Origin: Candidatus Altiarchaeota archaeon
Lineage (GTDB): Archaea; Altiarchaeota; Altiarchaeia; IMC4; SCGC-AAA252-I15
NCBI GenBank assembly: GCA_043804895.1
Contig: JAZDIN010000047.1
Location: 1 to 21,411, forward strand
DNA: 21,411 bases
Direction: 5' to 3'
A program made the position numbers and the translations under genes. Within the stretch, counting starts at the first letter, position 1. Every line of letters starts with the position of its first letter. This document shows, piece by piece, positions 1 to 7,565 of this stretch. Under the pieces are notes generated by a model. The model was not told the origin of the DNA. It worked only from the letters and a program-made list of their open reading frames with translations, and searched no databases.

Positions 1-2
1 GT

Positions 3-407
3 TCTACTATTTGTGTACTTGGGTCTGGATTCTTCAACTATTTCCCCGTTGAACATACTGAAGTTTTCAATGAAATATCTAAGAAGGGGCTATTGGTCAG
101 TGAGCACCCCCCAGAGTTCAAGGGGACTGCTATTTCCTTAGCCTCCAGGAACCGCATAACTTCCGGTATCTCTGATTCAGTCTTGGTTGTGACAAGCCAG
201 AATAAGGGGGGAGCTTTACGTCAAATGGAGATCGCCAATGATCAGAAGATCCCTATCTTTGCCCCTAAGTTAGAGTACAATATGGCACCGAATGAAGGTA
301 TTCGAAATCACATGGTGAAATATCGGATACAAGAAGTAGATGGCATCAAGCCAATTCTCAATGAAATTGCAAGATTGAAGCCATTCTTCTTACAAGCCAA
401 GATATAA
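3..407 (+). CDS. dprA: DprA/Smf (SLOG family) DNA-processing protein, C-terminal part; 5' end lies outside the window
   Basis: The frame is open from base 3 and reads STICVLGSG...YFPVEH...KKGLLVSEHPP...SRNRITSGISDSVLVV...KGGAL. This matches the DprA motifs TIAVLGxG, GLLISEYPP and RNRIISGLS. Confidence 0.8.
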   Translation, partial: STICVLGSGFFNYFPVEHTEVFNEISKKGLLVSEHPPEFKGTAISLASRNRITSGISDSVLVVTSQNKGGALRQMEIANDQKIPIFAPKLEYNMAPNEGIRNHMVKYRIQEVDGIKPILNEIARLKPFFLQAKI

Positions 408-460
408 TGCGAAGATAGGCTCAATTTTCATTTATTATATTGTCCTACGAATTCGTATTT

Positions 461-488
461 ATTCGCAACATAAAGAGATGTTGCGGGT
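461..488. repeat. Imperfect 11-6-11 inverted repeat with 8-bp perfect core arms
   Basis: ATTCGCAACAT-AAAGAG-ATGTTGCGGGT. CGCAACAT (464-471) and ATGTTGCG (478-485) are exact reverse complements. Confidence 0.7.
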
Positions 489-583
489 TCATGTAAAAAG
501 GTCACTCTGATAACCATGCCCTTCCCCCGCATGATATTTTTTAAACTTGTAATGTCTGGGATGATTTACATTGAGGGTGTTGT

Positions 584-1213
584 ATGGCTGGTGTTGGTTT
601 GGTTGAGTTGAGGGGGGTGTTTCGGAGGCTTGATACTCCTGGGAAGATACAGGCTTACATATCAAGCTTGGACTACAACCTCAGCGACAAGTCCGGTTCT
701 CCTCTTTGGGTGCTGAACAACCGGAAGGCGGATTGCTTCGACGGCGCGTTATTCGCAGCAGCCTGCCTACAGTATCATGGGATGTGGCCGCTTCTTATGG
801 ATTTGAGGGCTGTGAACGACGACGACCACACCTTGGCGGTCTATCGAATCGGCGGCCTGTGGGGGGCTATATCTAAGTCCAACTTCTCGGTCTTGGAGTT
901 CAGGGAGCCGGTCTATCGGAGCCTTAGGGAGCTGGCTATGAGTTATTTCGACCTATACTTCAACACTGCCGGTGAGAAGACCCTGAGGGAATACTCCCGA
1001 CCACTGGACCTGAGTGTGTTCGACAACATAGGCTGGGTTACATCAGACGATGACCTCGATTTCATAGGAGAGAGTCTAGACAAGGTTAGGCACTACTCCC
1101 TCATAACTGGCAAAACCGCCCGCAGATTAAACAAGGCCGGTAAAAGACTCGTCAAAGCAGGCCTATTAGGCTCGAACAAACGAGGCTTATACAGCCCTAA
1201 ATATAGCAAATAA
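584..1213 (+). CDS. Vasohibin-like transglutaminase-fold cysteine protease
   Basis: Motifs ADC51FDGALF, DH82TLAVY, GLWGAISKS99 and FREPVYRSLRELA resemble vasohibin IKCLEA, RHIVLG, GRYGALGMS and YKPPAFRTLSELV. Confidence 0.7.
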   Translation: MAGVGLVELRGVFRRLDTPGKIQAYISSLDYNLSDKSGSPLWVLNNRKADCFDGALFAAACLQYHGMWPLLMDLRAVNDDDHTLAVYRIGGLWGAISKSNFSVLEFREPVYRSLRELAMSYFDLYFNTAGEKTLREYSRPLDLSVFDNIGWVTSDDDLDFIGESLDKVRHYSLITGKTARRLNKAGKRLVKAGLLGSNKRGLYSPKYSK

Positions 1214-1346
1214 CAATTTGATGACTCGCGGGTTCGGAAGCTCGTTATAATCCCCCCCGCATTAATAGTTCCAATCAATGGCACCTTCTGAAATCGTTTA
1301 TTAACCCTGTCCTCTAAAAGGTAAAAACCATGTTTGGAGGACTCTG

Positions 1347-4300
1347 ATGCCGGCAAGGACAGACATTAAAAAAGTGCTTGTTATCGGTTCCGGGCCGATA
1401 GTGATTGGTCAAGCATGCGAGTTTGACTACAGTGGGACGCAGGCCTGTAAGGCTTTGAAGGAGGAGGGTTATGAGGTGGTCCTCGTCAATAGCAACCCTG
1501 CTACTATCATGACTGACCCGGGAATGGCTGACCGGACGTATATCGAGCCCTTGACCATCGAATACTTGGAGAAGATAATCGCGAAGGAAAAGCCTGATGC
1601 TCTTCTTCCTAACCTCGGCGGCCAGACAGGATTAAACCTTTCATCCGAACTCTCGAAGGCAGGTGTCCTCAGGAAATATGGCGTCGAGTTGATAGGGGTA
1701 AGTGCTGACGCCATAGAGCGCGGCGAAGATAGGGAGATTTTCAAGTCCACTATGAAGAGCCTAAACATCGACATGCCCAAGAGCAGCATAACCCACTCAG
1801 TAGAGGAAGCGGAGAAGATAGCTGGAGAACTCGGTTACCCTGTCGTACTCAGGCCGGCATACACACTTGGGGGGACTGGAGGCGGAATAGCCTACAATGT
1901 CGAGGAGCTTCAGACGGTAGTCGCCCGGGGGCTTGCAGCAAGCATTGTCAACCAGGTCCTGGTGGAGGAGGCCATCCTCGGCTGGGAGGAGCTCGAGCTT
2001 GAGGTCGTCAGAGACGCTAAGGGCAATAAAATAACCGTGTGCTTCATAGAGAATGTCGACCCCATGGGAGTACACACTGGAGACAGCTTCTGTGTGGCGC
2101 CTATGCTTACGGTGCCTAAAAGGCTGCAGGAAAGACTCCAGGAGATGTCCTACCGCATAGTGGATGCCATAGGCGTACTCGGCGGATGCAACATACAGTT
2201 CGCCCACAACATCGTCGACGACCGTGTCGTCATAATAGAGATAAATCCGAGGACATCAAGGTCTTCTGCCCTCGCATCGAAGGCTACGGGATTCCCGATC
2301 GCGCGCATATCCACGAAGCTAGCGGTTGGGATAACCCTCGATGAGATACCCTACTTCCGCGACGGCACGCTCGACAAATATACGCCTGGCGGGGACTACG
2401 TCGTCGTCAAGTTCGCCAGATGGGCTTTTGAGAAGTTCCCACAGGCAAAGGACGTCCTCGGCACGCAGATGAAGAGCGTCGGAGAAGTCATGAGCATTGG
2501 CAAGAATTTCAAGGAAGCCCTGCAGAAGGCCATACGTTCCCTCGAGACTAAAAGATACGGCCTGGGACACGCCAAAGGCTTCGATCACCTCTCCGTGGCA
2601 GAGCTGAAGGAGATGCTCATGTATCCCACGAGCGAACGCATATTCCTCATGTATGAAGCCCTCCGCAAGGGTCTTTCGCCTCAGGAACTTTATGACCTGA
2701 CTAAGATAGGCATATGGTTCATCCAGCAGATGAAGGAGCTGGTCGAGTTTGAGGAGGAGGTAAAGAAGTACGGTAACAAAAAACTCCCCGACGCCATACT
2801 CATTAAGGCGAAGGAGGACGGGTTCTCGGACCGCTACCTCTCGGAATTGCTCAGCGTTTCAGAGGATGCTATACGGGCTCAAAGACTGACTGCTGGAAAG
2901 ATAGAATGCTTCGAGCCTGTGCCAGTCAGCGGCGCCGATGCCGCATATTACTACTCGACATATAATGCAAAGGACTCCGTTCCAGTGACGAAGAGGAAGA
3001 AGGTGATGATTCTGGGAGGAGGCCCCAACCGCATCGGCCAAGGAATAGAGTTCGACTACACGTGTGTCCACGCCGCGCTCACACTCCGGCAAGAAGGCAT
3101 GGAGACTATACTCGTCAACTGCAACCCAGAAACTGTCTCGACTGACTATGACACCTCAGACAAACTCTACTTCGAGCCGCTGACTGTCGAGGATGTCCTC
3201 AGCATATACGAGAAGGAGAAGCCTATCGGGGCAATAGTGCAGTTCGGAGGTCAGACACCCCTTAACCTGGCGGAAGAGCTCAAGCGCAACGGAATCAGGA
3301 TACTCGGGACATCGCCGGAGAGTATAGCCCTCGCAGAGGACCGCAGGAAATTTGCCAAGGTAATCACAAAACTTAGGATACCCCAGCCTACAAGCGGCAC
3401 AGCAACCTCTGTAGAGGAGGCTATGGCAGTGGCGAAAAAAATAGGGTACCCCCTAATGGTTCGCCCGTCCTTCGTCCTTGGAGGCCGCGGAATGAGGGTC
3501 GTCCACGACGAGCGGACACTAAGGGAATATGCGCAGACCGCAATCGGTGTGAATCCGGAACACCCCATGCTTATAGACCGTTTCCTCGCTAACGCCTTAG
3601 AGGTTGAAGTTGATGCCATAAGCGACGGGAAGGACGTCTGCATACCCTCGATAATGGAGCATATCGAGCTTGCAGGGATACACAGCGGCGACAGTGCATG
3701 CATAATCCCTCCACAAAGGATTCCGAGAAAGCACGTCAGGACAATCGAAAGATACACAAGGAGCCTTGCCAAAGCCTTAAAGGTCAAAGGTTTGATGAAC
3801 GTGCAGTATGCGATAGCAGACGATAAGGTCTACATACTGGAGGCTAATCCCAGAGCTTCCAGGACAGTCCCGCTTGTCAGCAAGGTCATAGGCCTCAACA
3901 TGGCCAAGGTGGCGACCCAGGCAATGCTTGGGAAGAAGCTTAAGAACATACTACCAAAGTTGAAGAGGATTAGGCATGTGGGTGTCAAAGAGGCTGTGTT
4001 CCCATTCGACAAGTTCCCAGAAGTAGATCCTGTGCTTGGGCCAGAGATGAGGTCCACAGGGGAGGTCATGGGAATCGCGAAATACTCTGGAACAGCATAC
4101 TACAAAGCCCAGGAGGCCGCAGGTTATGCACTTCCCCTTAAGGGAACAATCCTGTTTTCCATAGCTGCGGGAGATAGCAAAAACGCTTCGATGAGGATCG
4201 CTAAGATGTTCCATAAACTCGGCTACAGGATAGTTGCAACAGAAGGGACTAGAAAATTCTTCGAAAAACATGGGCTCAAGTGCGGAAGTGCCCTGAAGAT

Positions 4301-4544
4301 AAACGAAGGACGCCCGAACATAGTTGACGACATAGTGAACCGCAAGATAGACATGATAGTAAATACCCCCTCCGGAGGACCAAGCCTCGATGAATCCGCA
4401 TATATCCGCAAGGCGGCGATCAGGTATAAGACGCCGTACATGACGACTTTGGAGGCTGCAAAGGCGGCCGCTGAGGGCATAGCAGCGGCCAGGAAATCCA
4501 AGGCTGAAGTCAAGTCGCTGCAGGAGTACCACGGGAAAAAATAA
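1347..4544 (+). CDS. carB: Carbamoyl-phosphate synthase large subunit
   Basis: 1065 aa starting MPARTDIKKVLVIGSGPIVIGQACEFDYSGTQA. It has duplicated ATP-grasp halves (GGGPNRIGQGIEFDY, HTGDS/HSGDS, EINPR/EANPR) and a C-terminal MGS-like domain. SD GGAGG at 1336-1340. Confidence 0.98.
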   Translation: MPARTDIKKVLVIGSGPIVIGQACEFDYSGTQACKALKEEGYEVVLVNSNPATIMTDPGMADRTYIEPLTIEYLEKIIAKEKPDALLPNLGGQTGLNLSSELSKAGVLRKYGVELIGVSADAIERGEDREIFKSTMKSLNIDMPKSSITHSVEEAEKIAGELGYPVVLRPAYTLGGTGGGIAYNVEELQTVVARGLAASIVNQVLVEEAILGWEELELEVVRDAKGNKITVCFIENVDPMGVHTGDSFCVAPMLTVPKRLQERLQEMSYRIVDAIGVLGGCNIQFAHNIVDDRVVIIEINPRTSRSSALASKATGFPIARISTKLAVGITLDEIPYFRDGTLDKYTPGGDYVVVKFARWAFEKFPQAKDVLGTQMKSVGEVMSIGKNFKEALQKAIRSLETKRYGLGHAKGFDHLSVAELKEMLMYPTSERIFLMYEALRKGLSPQELYDLTKIGIWFIQQMKELVEFEEEVKKYGNKKLPDAILIKAKEDGFSDRYLSELLSVSEDAIRAQRLTAGKIECFEPVPVSGADAAYYYSTYNAKDSVPVTKRKKVMILGGGPNRIGQGIEFDYTCVHAALTLRQEGMETILVNCNPETVSTDYDTSDKLYFEPLTVEDVLSIYEKEKPIGAIVQFGGQTPLNLAEELKRNGIRILGTSPESIALAEDRRKFAKVITKLRIPQPTSGTATSVEEAMAVAKKIGYPLMVRPSFVLGGRGMRVVHDERTLREYAQTAIGVNPEHPMLIDRFLANALEVEVDAISDGKDVCIPSIMEHIELAGIHSGDSACIIPPQRIPRKHVRTIERYTRSLAKALKVKGLMNVQYAIADDKVYILEANPRASRTVPLVSKVIGLNMAKVATQAMLGKKLKNILPKLKRIRHVGVKEAVFPFDKFPEVDPVLGPEMRSTGEVMGIAKYSGTAYYKAQEAAGYALPLKGTILFSIAAGDSKNASMRIAKMFHKLGYRIVATEGTRKFFEKHGLKCGSALKINEGRPNIVDDIVNRKIDMIVNTPSGGPSLDESAYIRKAAIRYKTPYMTTLEAAKAAAEGIAAARKSKAEVKSLQEYHGKK

Positions 4545-4659
4545 ATATCTATTCAAGGTCCTGTCTATTTAATAAGTTTGGTTCCAGTTTTTTCTAACTC
4601 TCCATCTTTTATTTTTTATTCTGTATTGCCTTGTTATGTTGAGTCGGTTGTGATTTGTT

Positions 4660-4935
4660 ATGCGTTATCCTAAGCAGTTGGGGCGTATCGGGAGGACGAA
4701 GAGGGGGAATATAATGCTCACAAACCCCCAAGGGGAATCATTCAACGTCCACGAGACCGTAGCCTACATCTGGGATAAGGCGACAGGCAACCAGACCATC
4801 AAGGAAATCTCGGACTCGCTGATGGAGGCCTTGAAGATATCTGAGGCTGACCAGGAGGCTGAGAGGGAGAACGTCATACTTGCCCTCCGAGACCTCGAGC
4901 GGAAGTCGCTGATGGAGTACCGGCAGGGAAAGTAG
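4660..4935 (+). CDS. PqqD family / RiPP recognition element (RRE)-like protein
   Basis: 91 aa with the pattern F-x-V-x-ET-x-x-x-IW-x-x-x-x-G-x-x-TIKEI-x-x-x-L and a C-terminal helix LRDLERKSL, typical of PqqD winged helices. Confidence 0.75.
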   Translation: MRYPKQLGRIGRTKRGNIMLTNPQGESFNVHETVAYIWDKATGNQTIKEISDSLMEALKISEADQEAERENVILALRDLERKSLMEYRQGK

Positions 4936-4977
4936 GGATTTGCACTTAAATAAAACAGTCAAATATGATATTCGGAT

Positions 4978-5493
4978 ATGGCAACGCAAGTCAAGCGCTA
5001 TGAACAGTATCCGTTGTGGATAGTCCTCTTGTCCAATCTCAATTCAATTGCAATGTATATGGTCGGGGGTTATATACTCTATCAACTAGGCTCTATCTGG
5101 TTAGCCACATATTTGCTCTATGTTCTGTTATTAGAAGTCAGATTAATGAGAAGAAGCTGCACTAATTGTTATTACTATGGGAAGGTTTGTGCCTTTGGTA
5201 AGGGAAAATTAAGTGCAATATTCTTCAAGAAAGGGAATGGCAGGAAATTCGCTAAAGACCAAATCACATGGAAAGATATTCTCCCGGATTTTCTAGTTTC
5301 CATAATCCCTCTGCTGGTAGGAATTGCACTCTTGATAATGAACTTTAATTTTTTTATTTTATCACTACTTATCCTGCTGGTTATATTAACCTCTGTTGGC
5401 AATGGATTTATCCGAGGCTCCTTAGCCTGCAAATATTGCAAGCAAAGAGAGATCGGTTGCCCTGCGCAAAAATTATTTAATAAAAGCAAATAA
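4978..5493 (+). CDS. Membrane protein (about 4 TM) with two Cys clusters, function unknown
   Basis: Hydrophobic segments plus CTNCYYYGKVC and CKYCKQREIGCP. It is visibly more AT-rich than the neighbouring carB. Confidence 0.75.
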   Translation: MATQVKRYEQYPLWIVLLSNLNSIAMYMVGGYILYQLGSIWLATYLLYVLLLEVRLMRRSCTNCYYYGKVCAFGKGKLSAIFFKKGNGRKFAKDQITWKDILPDFLVSIIPLLVGIALLIMNFNFFILSLLILLVILTSVGNGFIRGSLACKYCKQREIGCPAQKLFNKSK

Positions 5494-5558
5494 TATACCT
5501 TCAAGTGTTAATGGTGTTCTTACCTTCAAAACAAACATAGTAACGGGCACGAACCCTT

Positions 5559-5582
5559 TTGCGGATTACTCCTCCTCCGCAA
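5559..5582. terminator. Hairpin between convergent genes (possible terminator or stability element)
   Basis: TTGCGGA (5559-5565) pairs with TCCGCAA (5576-5582) around a 10-nt loop, in the gap between stops at 5493 and 5661. Confidence 0.3.
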
Positions 5583-5660
5583 GCGGTTATAAAAAGTAAC
5601 TAAATTGGGTTGGATGATGGCTTATTAGGTGTGGTTAGATGGGTTTATACCCCCTTGGGG

Positions 5661-6017
5661 TCAAAATGACTGCGTTTCTATCTTATCGATCTTCCAGAAT
5701 TCTCTTGTGAACTCAACGGCTTTTTTCTCATCAAAGTTCTTACAGGTGTAGATTATCACGGACATGAATCTGGCGTTAGACCAGACGTAGAGGGAAATTC
5801 CGGAATCAATGAGCGGGATGAAAGCATCATAGCCTTGGTTAATCTCCCTACCCGCCCCCCCTGGCGAGAAGATTATTGGTTCTCCATATGTCTTGAGCTT
5901 CAAAGCTTTACTGATTTTACGGAAGTAATCCGCGATAACCGTCCTACTCACATCTATCCTATAATATCCCTCCATCAGTAACCTCTGCCTTGTAATCTGC
6001 GGTGCGATCTTTCTCAT
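5661..6017 (-). CDS. S-adenosylmethionine decarboxylase (SpeD/SpeH)-family pyruvoyl proenzyme, divergent
   Basis: 118 aa. LID-S72-GISLYVW aligns to the canonical LAE-S-HISIHTW, and YTC92KNFD supplies the conserved Cys 20 residues after the Ser. Confidence 0.7.
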   Translation of the reverse strand: MRKIAPQITRQRLLMEGYYRIDVSRTVIADYFRKISKALKLKTYGEPIIFSPGGAGREINQGYDAFIPLIDSGISLYVWSNARFMSVIIYTCKNFDEKKAVEFTREFWKIDKIETQSF

Positions 6018-6407
6018 AAGCTATAGGATGACCATCCTTTGGGTGGGGGAATTAATCAATCAACTATTGTGGTTTCAAGCTTATATGACGGGGGCTTGTG
6101 GCCGTGTTTTTTCTCCCGTTATATAAGATTCAGCTCGGGTATGGTACTGGTGGGTATAATCAATGCTGTCACGTTAGTTTTTTTATGCTTTTTAAACCTT
6201 ACGTGCAATACATATACGGTTATACTGGCTGAATGACATACCCTCTAAGACCCCTCAGAATTTGAGGGTATTGGTTAGGCTTAAAAGCTCGTCTGGGGTA
6301 AGTTGGCGGATTATTATAGGGGTATACGTTTAGGGTAAAACAGGGGATATATGGTTTTTAAACCCTAAAAAGCAAATAAGCAATATATCAGTAAATATAT
6401 CCTTACG

Positions 6408-6415
6408 GGAGGAGG
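6408..6415 (+). promoter_or_regulatory. Shine-Dalgarno sequence of the archaellin gene
   Basis: GGAGGAGG immediately upstream of ATG 6419. Confidence 0.7.
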
Positions 6416-6418
6416 CAC

Positions 6419-7006
6419 ATGAGAAAAACAGCTAGCAAGGGTATGATGGGTATTGGGACACTGATTATTTTCATTGCGGTGATTCTGGTTGCTGCTGTTG
6501 CTGCTTCAGTGCTTATTTCGACTGCTGGTAGTCTGCAGCAGAAGGCTTTGGTGACTGGTGGGCAGACTGAGGAGGGTGTGGCCACTGGTGTTGAGGCGGT
6601 TTCTGTTACTGCGACTGATGGTACTACAACTCATGATGTGGAGCAGTTCGAGTTTATTGTGAGGTTGCAGGCTGGTAGTGAGTCGTTGAATCTTAACAAC
6701 ACTGTGCTCATGGTTGATACTTCGGCATTAACGTGGAGCATGGATTACTCTGGAAGTGCAACGGAGTGGGATGTGTCTTCTACTACTGGAAGATTCGGCG
6801 TAGAGTACGTAAAGAGGGGGTCTGATTATGAGGAAGGTTACTTGAGTAGGGGGGACGTCATAAAACTTCACTTCAACACATCAGCCGGCGTCAGCGAGAA
6901 CGAGAAGGTTCGCCTGAAGATCATACCACGAGTCGGCCAGGCAACAATTGTTGAGTTCACAACACCCGACGTCATGAATGACAATAGGGTAAACCTCTGG
7001 CCTTGA
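6419..7006 (+). CDS. arlB: Archaellin (archaeal flagellin)
   Basis: Class III signal peptide MRKTASKG| followed by MMGIGTLIIFIAVILVAAVAASVLISTAGSLQQKA, the hallmark archaellin N-terminus. The C-terminus KIIPRVGQATIVEFTTP also fits. Confidence 0.93.
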   Translation: MRKTASKGMMGIGTLIIFIAVILVAAVAASVLISTAGSLQQKALVTGGQTEEGVATGVEAVSVTATDGTTTHDVEQFEFIVRLQAGSESLNLNNTVLMVDTSALTWSMDYSGSATEWDVSSTTGRFGVEYVKRGSDYEEGYLSRGDVIKLHFNTSAGVSENEKVRLKIIPRVGQATIVEFTTPDVMNDNRVNLWP

Positions 7007-7112
7007 CCGGGTTATAAAAGGTGTGTGGAGTACCACATACTCATCTCTTCCATTCTGTTCACGCTTATCCTCTATTTTTGACTTTTAATGGCTGGCACAA
7101 ATATCTCATCCT

Positions 7113-7556
7113 ATGGTTAAGTGTCCGGCTGACGGCTGTGAGATGGAGGAGAGGAATGTGGATGTCGTGGACACGGTCGTCCTGGATTCATGCCCCAAAT
7201 GCGACGGCGTCTGGATGGACAGGGGCGAGCTCAAGAGGGTGTCAAAGGACGAGCTAATCGAGCACAAATTGGCTGAAAAGAACGAAGGCAGTCGCATGTG
7301 CCCTCGATGCCGCCAGTATATGAGGCGGGCAGAGTTGAATGGAGTCATATTGGATGAGTGCAGCTGTGGAATATATTTCGACAAGGGTGAAGTGGACCGG
7401 GTGGTGGGCAAGAAGATTGTACTCAACTCAAGGGACGACATACACACACTCGGAGTAACAGTCCCGCAGATGCAGGAACTCTTGCACAATGGCATACTCA
7501 AGGTCGACTCCGTGGAGTTGCGGCTAATCCGGGCAAAAGACGGGAACACAGACTAG
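7113..7556 (+). CDS. Protein with two tandem zf-TFIIB-type zinc ribbons
   Basis: Repeat 1 is CPADGCEM...LDSCPKCDGVWMDRGEL and repeat 2 is CPRCRQYM...LDECSCGIYFDKGEV. Confidence 0.8.
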   Translation: MVKCPADGCEMEERNVDVVDTVVLDSCPKCDGVWMDRGELKRVSKDELIEHKLAEKNEGSRMCPRCRQYMRRAELNGVILDECSCGIYFDKGEVDRVVGKKIVLNSRDDIHTLGVTVPQMQELLHNGILKVDSVELRLIRAKDGNTD

Positions 7557-7565
7557 GGTGTGGAT

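Noticed and set aside
1469-4556. Numerous minus-strand ORFs within carB, and similar ones inside the M42, tfb, nadA and argS genes
   Set aside because: They are antisense shadows of well-supported genes and have no protein motifs.
584-4935. Lasso/RiPP cluster made of a transglutaminase-like protease, an ATP-grasp enzyme and PqqD
   Set aside because: The ATP-grasp gene is a canonical full-length CarB, there is no cyclase or precursor peptide, and the genes are separated by promoter- and terminator-like gaps.
5538-5592. Integron attC site after the AT-rich membrane gene (TAAC...GTTA around a hairpin)
   Set aside because: The arm geometry is asymmetric, with no L''/L' boxes at the proper distance from the R boxes. 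There is no second attC and no integrase.
6018-6418. Replication origin in the long intergenic region, and the 65-aa ORF 6039-6236
   Set aside because: There is no recognisable ORB consensus and no cdc6/orc1 nearby. The ORF has a TTG start and no recognisable features.
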